Made by a program: the position numbers and the translations under genes. 64,000 bases of DNA from Lingula anatina. Taxonomy: Eukaryota > Animalia > Brachiopoda. Location: assembly GCA_051362555.1 (NCBI GenBank), contig CM120641.1:1736001-1800000 (forward strand). Direction: 5' to 3'. Positions 47,601 through 60,900 of this stretch are shown in pieces (within the stretch, counting starts at the first letter, position 1; each line of letters starts with the position of its first letter). The notes under the pieces are model-generated. The model did no database searches and was not told the DNA's origin. It was given only the letters and a program-made list of their open reading frames with translations.

Positions 47601-50600
47601 ACATAACATTTAACAGCATAATGACCATCAATTTTTAATAATAAAATATTAGTATTATGGATATTCAGAAAATGTGACTAGCAAAGGTCTTCAGGCCCAT
47701 GGAACTTCAAAGTTACAACTTGAAAATGCCAAAATGTAAACAAGACAGCACTGTTCTGAAATGTTTTTTTTTTCCATTTTTACACTTTTTTAACATTAAA
47801 CAAAATTAACAGTTTACTGCCACTTTTATAAGATCAACTAAGAAAATTGATGAGATGTGAAAAATATCAATAGAACAGTGTCAAATGTTCAATTTCCTCC
47901 ATTCTGAGTTTCTGAACATAGTGAATGATTGAATCTTACAAACTGCAATGATATGAGTTTATTTCCATTTTTGACACCTTATTACACAATACACGATTAC
48001 AAGTTTACCATCATTTTTACGTTATCAACTAACAATGTTGTAAAGATGCAGAAAATGTCAAACAAACACTTTTACATATCTTATTAATTAAATAATGAGA
48101 CTGTTAACATGCCTAAGAATTGAATCTGAGGAAATGTGAAAAAACAGCATAACTTATAAAATAATGGTCTGATTATGCTGATTTTCGAACTTGACCTGCG
48201 TTTTAGTAAGATTGATTACTCCTGTGAGTTTCATGACAACAGGCCTATGGGTTTTCCTTGAAATGTGTTAACAGTGTTGCATATATGCTGAAAAGTGAAA
48301 AAACAGCATAACTACTAAAATAGTGGCCCGATCATGCAGATTTTCGAACTTGACCTGCGTTTTAGTAAGATTGATTACTCCTGTAAGTTTCATGACAACA
48401 ACCCTATGGGTTTTCCTTGAAATGTGTTAACAGTGTTGCATATATGCTGAAAAGTGAAAAAACAGCATAACTACTAAACAGTGGCCCGATCATGCCAATT
48501 TTCGAACTTGATCTGAGTTTTAGTAAGATTGATTACTCCTGTGAGTTTCATGACAACAGGCCTATCAGTTTTCCTTGAGATGTGTTAACAGTGTTGCATA
48601 TATGCTGAAAAGTGAAAAAACAGCATAAATTCTACAATAATGGCCCGATCATGCTGATTTTCGAACTTGACCTGTGTTTTATGAATATTCATCAGCTCTG
48701 TAAATATAAAGCCAAAAAGTAAAACTGTCTTCCACTTATGGTGTTAACGCTGAAAGTGCACGGCGACGGCGACGGCGACATGATCGGCGACAGCGACGGC
48801 GACGGCGACGACAGACGCAGGTGATGGCAATATGTACAGACACATCTGTGTCTGTACATAAAAAGAAAGTACAAATATCAAGAGACAAAGCAGCATATTT
48901 TTATAAAAGGGGGGGGGGGGTCTTACCTGAGATATTTCACCACATTTACAAAATTCTAATCTCTTGTACACAGCAAATATAAAGTAATTTCTTCAAATGA
49001 TCTCATCTTAAAGATTCCATAACATAAGTATGAGTACCCCCAACCTCCATGAGGAAATGCTACTCTGAGAGAAATAATCTAACACATACCATCCACAGCT
49101 TTATCATATTCCACAGCTGTATAAACTCAAAGAAGCCCAGTTTGCCTGAACAATCCTCCTTTTGATAAGTCAAGGAAGATCTCATATGTCAAAAAAAAAA
49201 AAAAATCCAGAATAGAAATAAAATGGTGTCATATTACACAATTTTCTTCTCAAAAGAATGTTAAAATATATGCAATAACATATCTGAGAAAAATAACAAG
49301 GATACATCAAATATTGCTAGCAAGGCTTTACAGGCATCTATGCCAAGATCTTGATGATTTGGATCTGGAAGAAAAATAATAAGATGGACCTTCAAAAGTA
49401 TTAAAAAAATTATTCATCTATGGATACAAACTACTTTTAATACAATGTCTACACAGTTGTTATTAGATATTTACACAGAATAGGTGACGATTTGGAGAAA
49501 AAGATTTATTCTCGGATTCCATTAATTTCTTAGTATTTAGTGACTTAAGCATACATATTTCATACCTGATTTCAGAGCTGTGTTTATTAACCTTCTGAAT
49601 TCATAGCAGTCAATCATCATATCCTGGGAAACAAAACGAAAAAAAATAGATAAATAAATAAAAATAAAAATAAAAATAAAAGCCATTAACCACAATGATA
49701 CCATTCTCATACTTCTTAACACTGAGCAGATCAGAATTATCCATAATTCAGGGTCAGGCACATAGGCAAGGGGCAGGGGAGTTGACAGGTTTGGACGGAC
49801 TTCCCTTTTGGCTCAATATGGTCTGCTCTCAAAATTTGATCTAGATTCTGTGCCATTTCTTTCTGGCTAAGTCTTAAATAAGAGTTGGCTAAGGTTGTAA
49901 CAAGGCAGCAAAGCTGTCAAATGTACAGACAAAAAGCAGGAAATAACAAAATAGGCTACTGTCAATTCTGATGCAAAAGTTCATTATGTTAAACTGCAAA
50001 TTCAACCTCAAATTTAAATTATGCTCAACAGGTAATACCAATGTAAGTAAAATGTGAAACAAGTATAAGGCTTCAGGCCCATGGGAGTTCAAGTTCACAC
50101 TTTGAAAATGTAAAACTTCCAGAAAAAGAAGTCAATTAGACTGCTTTTCCAACTCAGGCTGCATTTTAGTCCTGTATTTCTTTTTTGAAAGTTTGGCAAT
50201 CATTAGTAACATGGTTTTCCCATAATGGTCATCATGGCAGCAGCACCCAAAATTGTGTTTTCTTCTATTCTGATGCAATATTACATAATGGTTAACAGCA
50301 TAATGACAATCAATTTTTAATAACAAAATATATGTATCATGGATTTTCAGAAAATGTGACTAGCCTGGGTCTTCAAGCCTGTGGAACTTCAAAGTCACAC
50401 CTTGAAAATGCCAATATGTGAAAAATTAAATTTTCACAAAAAAACTGTTTAACTGGCAGATTGCATTGCCTACTGAAGCTGTATTTTAGTTCCATGTTTC
50501 TTTCCTGTAAGCACAGTAAGTGACATGGTTTTTCTTAAAAGGTAATCATGGGAGCAGTGCCCAAAATAGGTTTTTTCAAATTTTGATGCAATATTACATT

Positions 50601-53600
50601 ATGTTTAACAGCATAATGACCATCAATTTTTAATAATAAAATATTAGTATCATGGATATTCAGAAAATGTGACTAGCAAAGGTCTTCAGCCCCATGGAAC
50701 TTCAAAGTCACAACTTGAAAATGCCAAAATGTAAACAAGACAGCACTGTTCTGAAATGTTTTTTTTCCCATTTTTAACAATTTTTAACATAAAACAAAAT
50801 TAACAGTTTACTGCCATTTTTATATGATCAACTAAGAAAATTGATGAGATGGGAAAAATATCAAAAGAGCAGTGTTAAATGTCCAATTTCTTCCATTCTG
50901 AGATTCTGAACATAGTGAATGATTGAATCTGACAAAGTGCAATGATATGAGTTTATTTCCATTTTTGAAACTTTATTACACAATACACGATAACATGTTT
51001 ACCATCATTTTTACAAAATCAACTAACAATGTTGTAAAGATGCAGGAAATGTCAAACAAACACTTTCACGTATCTTATTAGTTTAATAATGAGACTGTTA
51101 ACATGCCTAAAAACTGAATCTGAGGAAATGTGAAAAAACAGCATACCTTCAAAAATAATGGCCCGATTATGCTGATTTACGAACTCAACCTGCATTTTAG
51201 TAAAATTGACCACTCCTGTGACTTTCATGACAATTGGCCCATCTGTTTTTCTTATATTGTGTTTACAGTGTTGCATATATGCTGAAAAGTGTAAGAAACA
51301 GCATAACTAGTAAAATAGTGGCCCGATCATGCCGATTTTTGAACTTGACCTGCGTTTTAGTAAGATTGATTACTCCTGTGAGTTTCATGACAACAGGTCT
51401 ATCGGTTTTCCTTGAAATGTGTTAACAGTGTTGCATATATGCTGAAAAGTGAAAAAACAGCATAAATACTAAAATAGTGGCCCGATCATGCCGATTTTCG
51501 AACTTGATCTGCGTTTTAGTAAGACTAATTACTCCTGTGAGTTTCATGACAACAGGCCTATCGGTTTTCCTTGAAATGTGTTAACAGTGTTGCATATATG
51601 CTAAAAAGTGAAAAAACAGCATAAATTCTACAATAATGGCCCGATCATGCTGATTTTCGAACTTGACCTGCGTTTTATGAATATTACTCAGCTCTGTAAA
51701 TATAAAGCCAAAAAGTAAAACTGTCTTCCACTTATGGTGTTAACGCTGAAAGTGCACGGCGACGGCGACGGCGACATGATCGGCGACGGCGACGGCGACG
51801 ACAGACGCAGGTGATGGCAATATGTACAGACACATCTGTGTCTGTACATAAAAAGGTCTCCTTTTTCAGAAAAGTTCCCCCACTTTTGAACTTGCAGGTT
51901 ACATGCCTGAGCAGACTGTTTTACTTTGTTGAAGCTGACATCTACCTTTATAACCCACGGTAATAAGAATATAAAAGCTCCAATATTGTATAACGCTAAT
52001 TTAAAACAAGGCATGTGCACCATAGCACACGTATACACACTGTAACACAATACATGCACACTGTATTACACATAACCCACCTCCCCAGAGGACTCATAGA
52101 AAAATCTCTTGAATTTCTCTTCTCCCTCCTTGACAGTGGGGTCTATAGCGGGAGGCACAGGGCCTGTCAGTTCTGCGGCTTCATCTGTTGGCCTGATAAT
52201 ATAACAATAACGCAATCTTAAGTCCATAAGTAGATAACCATGAATGAGAAATATGCTATAGCTGGGTAAAAATATAGGTGAGTATTCTCCCAGCGTGACC
52301 TTTGAACCTTAAAGTTTGACTATTTTAGGACAAGTAAGTGGTAGATAACAGGTGTCTCATAAAAAATCCACTGTACATCATTGCATGGCAATTATTTGCA
52401 GGGACAAGAAAGGAAATTAGAGATTTTTACTTGCTATGCTTATAATCCCATCCAAATCAAACTGTCACAACCCTTTAATTTTCAATCTCATTTTACTCAC
52501 ACTGTGAAATTATCATTTTCAAAAAACACTCGCAGAAGGAAGTCTGCCTCCACGTGAGCTTCATATGTACATGGAATCACCACGTAATCTCCTGGTTCCA
52601 TAAGAAATCTCTTCACTATCTGCCGAGTGTTAGAGAAATAATCACACCTCTCCACAAAACCAAACAGATTGAAGTAAGCTCTTGGGAGAGGCATTGTGTA
52701 TTCTTTGGAATACTGAAAACGAATGATATAAGTTTAGTTGTTTAATTACTTACAAGATAAAATGTTCATGACTCAAAATCTGAGTTCAAGGCTGGAAGAT
52801 CTACTATTTTAATTTCATCTCCACTGAAGTTTCAGCACTTATCATTTCTAGTATTTTTTGAATATAATATTTTTCTTACCTCATGTTTCATTAATAAATA
52901 AATAAACAAATAATTCATGAAATAAAACAATGCAGTTTACACACACAAAAAATGAAAATTTCCATAGATGCCACTGCTGTACCTTATACACCAGAAACCC
53001 TATGTCCACATTCTTTGTTCCTCTGTGTTTGAGTTTCCGTCTGTCTTTCTGTATAAGTTCTACAATAAAACTGCACAAATTGTCCTCATCTTCATCTGTA
53101 TCCCTTAGAGTAACTTTATATTGTGGATTGGTCCAATGGGTCTCTGAGGAGAAAAGAAACACCGAGTTAAAAAGAGGAAAATACAGACCTTAAAGCTGCA
53201 GCTACTCAGGTTTGGGGTTCACTTTGATTATCAGTGATAAAATCCATACAACTGCATGTTAAGGCCCGTCTTTGAAGACAGCACTTTTGAACCAATTTTG
53301 CGTCAATAAAATGAAAACAACAAAACATGCCAGTTTAAGCAATCACAGTACATGCTTACAAGACATTAATGATGTTTCTGATCTCATTTCTGAGATAAAA
53401 TAGTTTGGTCTTATCATTGTCCAGTAAATGTAACAAAGCACTTGGACTTTGTTTTAAAGTGTCAGAGCTTATACAAACAAGAAAAACCTTACATATAATT
53501 TTCTCTGAGTAAGGTGTGAAGCAAGAGAGAGATACACATAAAATGTTGTAAAGCAAAATGATTTGTTACCACACCACTGCATACACTCTGTGAGAACCAA

Positions 53601-56600
53601 AAACACTTTCAAACAAACCAAAATAAGAATTGCCTTGGTAGCAATTTGCTTTTATTTCAATACACAAAATATCCCTAAGCAAAATTCCAAAACACCATGC
53701 TGATAAAACCTGCACACTGCTGCAAAAAATAAAGATAACTAGCTGAAGACCTAAATATTCATAAATTTGGCCCCATCAGACATGAAATGCATGGAACATT
53801 CAGAGGAAAGTATAAAAAGACGACACATTCTACGTAACTGCTCAGTGTAGAAATATAACTATTATGATCAAGATAAAAACTAAATTATTATAAAATTGTG
53901 CTGTCTATTACACACACCAGTTGATATATGGCCTAATGATGTGATAGACTAAAAGCAGCTAGCTATCATAGAAAAAAAGTGAAATCAAAAGAGTTAGTGG
54001 AACAATTACTCAATCCATGTTAAAATCAACAATTCCTAGAGAAGCAGCCGAGAGTTATGCTAACGCAGCATAGCTTTACCTGATATTACAAGTTTTCCAC
54101 TTTCATCTGTAATTACACATAATGAATATCAGTCAAACTTTCAATGGTTTATCTACGGCTTACATGAATGCTAGTATTACTGCTGAAGAGCAACTATATT
54201 TAGTTATTATAGACTAATTAAAAAGAGAAAAAACAAACATATTCCCTAACTTAAGTTTATTTGTGAATTCCAAATAACTGCCTTCATAAAATATTGACAG
54301 TTGTAAGAAAATAATAATTCCCAATAATATTATTTGGTTTGAATAAATTAATTAAATAATATTTCACCTCTCATAACGGGTCTTCCTCCAGAAGAAATCC
54401 CCTTTTGCCATCGTCCGTGAAACTGGGCCACCTTCCACCGTCTTGGGGTATCTAGGGGGGAATCTGGGGTGAGGTTGCAGATATCCAGGGTGTCAAAGTT
54501 TTCTAGGAAATCTCGGAAATCCATCCAGAACTCTCCGTCATCCCTGAACACTAGCCCCATGGCTTCTCTGTCCTCAGGCGGGATACTGTTCCATTCTGGT
54601 GATCTGGGCACAGAAACAAACAACATTGTGATTTTCACTTTGGACGACTTGGATGACAATTAATTTAACATGTTTTTTTAAATTTACAGCCTTTCAAATA
54701 TTTACACCTCTTTCAAATGTCATTTTAATATATTATGTTCACCATACTGACCTATCCCACAGTACCCAGTAATATGTCATTTTATTTATGATAACTGAGT
54801 AAACCAAAAAATTACTGACTTGGTTCACAGTGAGTTATATTTCAGACATTTTACAAAAGAATTCAAAGAAAAAAGAAGTATGTTTCCGCATAAACTTAAA
54901 ACAATAAAGAATGTATTACTTCTGCAATAAAGTGTAGCTGCTTGTGTGTGTGTGTGTGTGTTAGGTCTACCTATCTCCCCAGGGTCCATTCCACTCTACC
55001 CTGGTCCCCCAGGGATTTCTGATGCGTACCAGCGTGATGGGAATCTCTCCTCGGTCTGACACTAGTCGTATCTGAAACATAACACAAAATAATATGTTAA
55101 ATCTACATACACTCAATTTTAGCTGTGTCCAGCTCTGACATATATCTACATAACCTACACACATGAATACATTCATATATTCACAAATATAAATGTTTAA
55201 TATATTGAGGTAGCTATGGTAATTATGGGGGAACACAGCCAGACCCTCACCTCTCTCAGGTCTGTGATACTGTATGCATGGCCTGCTGCCAGACCTCCAG
55301 AAAGTATCCTGCCACTGGTGCCATCTATAGGCTGAATTCAAAATTAATCTCTAGTGAGAATCTTATCAATGCCACACATGGAGTGACAAAATGATTCACT
55401 ATTTTTTACATTATTTTATATATACAATGAATGTTTTTCAAAATTTAAAATCTGTTTATGAAACTGGCAAATTCTTAATATCTTTGAATTCTATGACCAT
55501 TAAGTGAGAAAGAAAAACAAAGTATTCATTTTATACAGTTGTTACAAAACCCCTGGTAACAGTGAATGTTATTTAAATCCTTAAATCTGTTTATGAAATT
55601 TGAAACATATAACAATATCATCAAACTTTCAGATGAAACAATTTACTGAGTCTATACTTACATCAATCCCACACCCTACCAAGGACTGTCTCTCTAGAGA
55701 CTTAAACAGAATATTGATGGCATTTCTGGGGAGGTCAGCAGTCTTTCCTCTCACCCTGTAGCTCTCTGTGAGACCCCCTGTAAAGTCTGTCAAGGCATCC
55801 CTCACTTGACCTGATTTTAATGCTTCATATGAACCATGGAGTCTGAATGGAAGCATTGAAAGTGGCTAATTTTCATTCTGGTACAATGAGAATTAATATT
55901 TGGTGGGGAGTGAAAAATCAGAGGCAATGAGATATTTCAAAATTAATGATCATGATACTTTAGAATAATAGTCAAGAAACTTCGAAATATAGCATTATAT
56001 TTTGTAATTTATTCAGAAATTGGAAATGCATGCACATTTAAGGTGTGAGCTAAGCATTGCCTGACAAAATACCTGCTATTATATTTTATGCATCTTATTT
56101 CCATACTTCATATACTAGATTTTATACTGACACAAACAGACATTGGTTTCACTACCATCATCTACGCTGATATCTGTATACTACAATATTATTCAAAACT
56201 TACAGTAATATAAGCAGCACCTACTTTGCATAAGCTTTTTCTACGAGGGCTGCCCAGAATTCATTGGGTCGTCCTGAATGTATAAACACCGGTTCTCCAT
56301 TCTTTGTGGGCAAGCGGTCATCAATTATGACCTCTGTCCACTTCCCATATTGCCAAAACTGGAACTTGAGTACGCCAGCATACCAGCCGTCATGGAAACC
56401 CTGTCCCCGGGGTACCAGACGGTACAAGAGTTCTGGATTCTCAGAGATGTTGGCTACGGCTGCCACTACCCAACAATCTCCTGGAATATAGCACACAGTG
56501 ACTGCCCATTAATCAGCTGGGTTCAGGGGGACCAGGGCCGTGGGGGCAGAAGAAACCCCCTTTTTGCTGGGAAAAGGTCCACTCTAGGTAAATTTGATCT

Positions 56601-57938
56601 AGGTTTACAAATCAAGGATTCTTGACAAAAAGCCTATGTTTTCAGAAAAAGACCCCCCGTTTTGCAACTGCATGGATGTAATCAGCCACCATGATAACAG
56701 TACATGGGGCTTTGAAGTTTATAACATTATTATTATTACTTGTAGTAGTAGCAGTTGTAGTAGTACAGAAGTTGCCATATTCCATATTCATAATTTACTA
56801 GATTTGTATCTCCATGTAGTTATGTCTGAACTTTTAGACCAAATCGCAAATTTTTGAAAAATTTAAATTTAAGTCAAAAAACTATCAACCATGAAAACAT
56901 TTCCCTCTCTACACAAAACTTACACTGTAAATGTACCTCACAAATTGTTTTGTCACACCGTGACTTTCCTCAGTGTCACTGTGTGTTACTATGACAATAA
57001 AATTAACCTGTAAACTTATCAACAGATTACATACTGAATTCCCATCAGCAAATTATATCCTTCATAATACCCATGCACTTACCTAACTATATCCTTCATA
57101 ATACCCATGCACTTACCTAACTATATCCTTCATAATACTAGTACCCATGCACTTACCTAACTCTCCCTGTCTGACATCAAATCTTACAGCTCCACTCACA
57201 AACAGTTGTGGTTTCAAGCCAAACTGACCAGCTATGTCCTACAGAATGAAAAACAGAATTATTTTCCTCATAATAAGTTAAATACATGGCTTGAATAAGT
57301 TTATCTCCAAAAAGGTCAGGTCACTCATATCAAAGATAATGGTATGAAAGTATTTCGGCTTGCCAAGCTAATTAACATTTTTGCTCACTCATATCAAAAT
57401 TCTAAAAAAATATTTCTTTCACTTAACTTGGTCATGACACTTCATGCAGTCATTATTTACCAAACAAATAAATATTTCAAACAGTTACAATAAAAACATT
57501 TTGATTTATAACAAATTAATATGAGCTCCTTACATGAGGTCTCATCCACTTGATACCATAAGGCGGAAGGCGGCTGAAGTAAAGTGACCTGTCATTGGCT
57601 GGAAAATCTGGGTCTTCGTACAGAACTCTGTTTTGCAAACACTCAATTCTAAGAGAGTCAAAGTCAGGCTGGGATGAATTGTTGGTGAGTGTTGCTGCAA
57701 CCAGCACATTTCTGTCGTTTTTTTCTTGCACATTGTTTTGAAAACCTAAGCCTCTCTCCTGCAAATTTCTCTCCTGGAAGTTTCTGTCTTGTAAGTTTCT
57801 GTCTTGGAAGCTTCTTTCTTGCAGATTTCTGTCTTGGAAACTTCTGTCTTGCAAATTCCTCTCTTGAAAGCTCCTTTCTTGTAAGTTTCTCTCCTGCAAG
57901 TTTTTATCTTGCAAATTTCGGTAAAATGGCTGCTGCAT
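44617..57938 (-). CDS. Classical calpain (CysPc + CBSW/domain III + penta-EF-hand), calpain-A/B/9-like, ~763 aa
   Basis: 17 coding exons: 57534-57938, 57157-57238, 56225-56480, 55662-55842, 55251-55331, 54971-55071, 54368-54603, 52983-53143, 52501-52712, 52081-52192, 49566-49623, 49306-49364, 49090-49158, 46539-46620, 45353-45469, 44812-44864, 44617-44643. Catalytic motifs QGELGDCW, GHAYS and RNPWG are present, with LYEDPDFP, DDRLP, EKAYAK, DDGEFWM, NPQY, PGDYVVIPCT and an EF-hand DEDCSGKLGFFEF. Exon phases are consistent. Confidence 0.93.
45158..45332. mobile_element. Small MITE (Harbinger-like GGCC ends)
   Basis: ~31-bp TIR GGCCCCATTCAGAATAGGGGACTAACTAGTC and its reverse complement. No clean TSD. 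Confidence 0.65.
46881..48864 (+). mobile_element. HINE/DINE-1-like (Helentron-associated) non-autonomous element with an internal ~159-bp satellite array
   Basis: Starts AACAAG with a subterminal ATGTACAGACA; 159-bp tandem repeats at 48136/48295/48454/48612; (GACGGC)n microsatellite; 3' hairpin ATGTACAGACAC-ATCT-GTGTCTGTACAT followed by an A-run. Confidence 0.75.
49159..49305 (-). other. U12-type (minor spliceosome) GT-AG intron in the calpain PEF region
   Basis: 5' site GTATCCTT; branch site TTCCTTGAC (49169-49177) ~10 nt from the AG; no polypyrimidine tract. Confidence 0.85.
49899..51854 (+). mobile_element. Second HINE/DINE-1-like copy in direct orientation
   Basis: Collinear with and highly similar to 46881-48864 over ~1.95 kb, with the same termini. 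Confidence 0.75.
57054..57162. repeat. 34-bp tandem repeat containing the donor of calpain coding exon 2
   Basis: TACCCATGCACTTACCTAACTATATCCTTCATAA repeated ~3 times. Confidence 0.85.
57755..57922 (-). repeat. Coding 15-bp tandem repeat, ~11 x [RK][NS][LF]Q[DE], in the calpain N-terminus
   Basis: RNLQD KNLQE RNLQE RSFQE RNLQD RSFQD RNLQE RSFQD RNLQD RNFQE RNLQE. Confidence 0.9.
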
Positions 57939-60900
57939 GCTTTACGGTTCCTCCCCTCACCTAAGTCAATAAAAAAATAAATGAAATCATTACAAATGCA
58001 CTCAGTAAAGTTCAGCTAAAAACAGATATCACTTCAACAACAGCAACAAAACACTTAAAACTAAAATTCTCACCCTTTCATTGACACCAAATATTGATCA
58101 AAATCAAGCAACACACCTGCAGACTTTCCACTTTAGCCTCTCACTAATTCCCTGAAGACAAAATAATCCACCTAACAGAAATGTAATTATCAATTAATCA
58201 TATTCAGCTGAAGACAATCTGGACTATTAAAATATTGCTCTTGGCTAACTTCTTAATAATGTCCATGTTAAATTGTGTTCACACAGGTATAATAATTAAT
58301 CAGTCATTTCTATTAGCTCCATTTCAGGGGAATGCCAGTGCTGGGAAGTACACATGCGACCTTGATTATACAAAAGCTGTCCAAGTGCATTAATCATATA
58401 AACTGAACTCTGTGTTTGAGCAGGATTATCTACACACAGGAAATGAATATTTCATATCTACAAATAAAGGATTATATACAGGGGGAGGAGTCAACTAACC
58501 TGCATATTTTATTCTGTCATTGGAAAGTACTTTGATTTGTTTACTTTACAAATGTTGTTTCACAAAACTTTTTTCCACATAATGTAAAATGTCTTTTGTT
58601 ATTCTCAAAACAATGATCTAAATAAAGAGGTCAATGCTCAATAGTAGGAGTAAAATTAGCTTTGTCAAATCTTTTGTCTATCCAACTTAAATTCTACACT
58701 GATCATTCAGCAATATTAGTGCAGCCTCTATATTTATAAAAATAACATCATAAAACCTAAGTAAGTGAATGGCAATGCCTATAACAAGTAAAATAAATTT
58801 CAAAATGAATACAATTTACCCATTGACCAACAAGAAAGAAACAAGAAAGCAAAAATTTAACAGATAACTCACCAAAATGACTTGTCACATGAGCAGTATA
58901 TTTTTATGAGACAGGACTCCCACAGGCAGATGTTAATATTAACAAATATGTGCAGCAGTTAAATGCATGTTACCTATGTAACAGATGACAAATATGTTCA
59001 TTTATGTTCACACCTGCAGGGAAGTTAATGCCTGTTTATACCTGGGTGTCTTTGCATTCGTTTAAGATCACACCTGTTCAGGTGGGTAGAGATAGACAAG
59101 CAAAAGTAAATACCCAAAGACAGACTAAAACAAATGTAAAGTGTAATATTAAAGTGATTGAAAACTTGATGAAGCAATAACCACAGCCTACTTCTTTTTA
59201 CTTAGATCTGATGATACTGTATACATGTGTATGTGATTAATGGTTAGAACACAGAGGTCATGAGGATTCACATAGCCAACCTAATTAGTTTCAACTTGAT
59301 ATCATTTAATTCATTAACCAGTGGCTACACAGTAAAACACTCTTACCACCTTCAAATATTTCTTTACAACTGACTTGATCATGAATTCCCCTCCCCCTTT
59401 TGTGTTCTAGGCCCTGTCTCTGATTATTGCAGGGATAACAAAAAGTAGGACTGAACAATGAAAAACTACCACCAAAGTCTAATAACTGCAGCTTCTCCAA
59501 AACCATGACTTCATTATTTCTACCCTGGTATCTAACTGGCCCTGAGGAACCCAACACTTCATCATTAAGATAAATGAATTCTGGTGGAGAATGACAACTA
59601 ATTTGTATATTACCAATTAGGCAAATCTTTGCAAAATCAATAAGTTACATCATAATAGCTCATCATCCCTAACCTCATTACTTCATGTAGATAAATATTA
59701 ATCTATATGGAATCACGTCTACTGAAGTTGATATTGTTATGGTAATATACAGTTTGTATTGAATCTTCCACTGAAGTATTTTCTCAGCTGTGTTATTCTC
59801 TGGGGTAAAGCCAGTAGTATTTCTTTTGACAACATTTATCTTGTGATAAATTATCTCTATTGAGGGGAAATTAGGACAAAAAGAGAACCAGAGAAATACT
59901 TTAACAGGGATATTTTTAGAAGAAAAAGAAGCCATTCTACTAGTCTTAGACTAAGTGCATGCCACTTATGCTTCTTCTTTATTTAAATGAAAGGTTTTAC
60001 AGTGTTATCATTTAATTTTCAATTCTAGTTTATAAATCAAAATGAAACAAAATAATGATGTGTCTAAACTTGCACTTTATGGGTCCAAGGCTTGATATTA
60101 AAGTAAATGCTACCATCAGTATATGTAAAATGAAAATCAAAGTAAACAATCACATCTTTATCAAACATAAAGCTGGTGCACATACTTAAGGCCCCAGGTA
60201 GCAGTAAATAGCAGTAAGTCAATCAATTTCTTTATCACTAATGTCAATCAAATTCAGTGATAAAATATGCTACATTCTACAGGTGTTGTATATATATATC
60301 CAATAGTCAAGTGCCCTGTTAATCTTCTGCTGTCATATTCAGCAATGTTTCAACTAGAAAACACACTAACCCTAGGAAGTAGAGAATTTATATTTATATC
60401 CAACACCTGAGTTTCATAGGAGAGCTCAATTTCTTTCCTAATTCCCATGCCTCCTCTCTCTGAGCTTTGTATTAGGTTAACATAGACTGTCAAGGGTAAC
60501 ATTAATATATAGCTTCTTTTTTTTTGGTCATAAAGTGTTTAAATAACAGATATGAGCCTGTTTAAAAAATCTCTGAAAATTCATCGAGGGAGCAGATACT
60601 TAATCTTGACAAACCATTATCTCAGGACCCATCAGAATTAAATTTAAACCTAGGTAGCCCATGTGGAAAAATCTTATGTTTGAAATAAATTGCTTAAAAT
60701 GACCCAAGATCCTAAACTGGCAAACAAATTTCAGTATTAAATAAAAACATACTCATAGCCTAGTTGAACCAATACTTATCTCTGACTTGAAAAGGCATGT
60801 TTTTTTAAACCTCCATTACACAAATGCATTGATAGAACTGAACTATGTACATTTCAGGAGTATTGCCAACTGCAACAGAGTTAATAAACAGAAAAAAATG

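Noticed and set aside
48130-48690. Regular repeats as a CRISPR-like array
   Set aside because: They are contiguous ~159-bp tandem units without unique spacers, inside a eukaryotic HINE-like element, and no cas genes are present.
48927-48990. CAG|GTAAGA donor as an extra calpain exon
   Set aside because: The translation has no EF-hand similarity, and the frame is already completed by exon 46539-46620.
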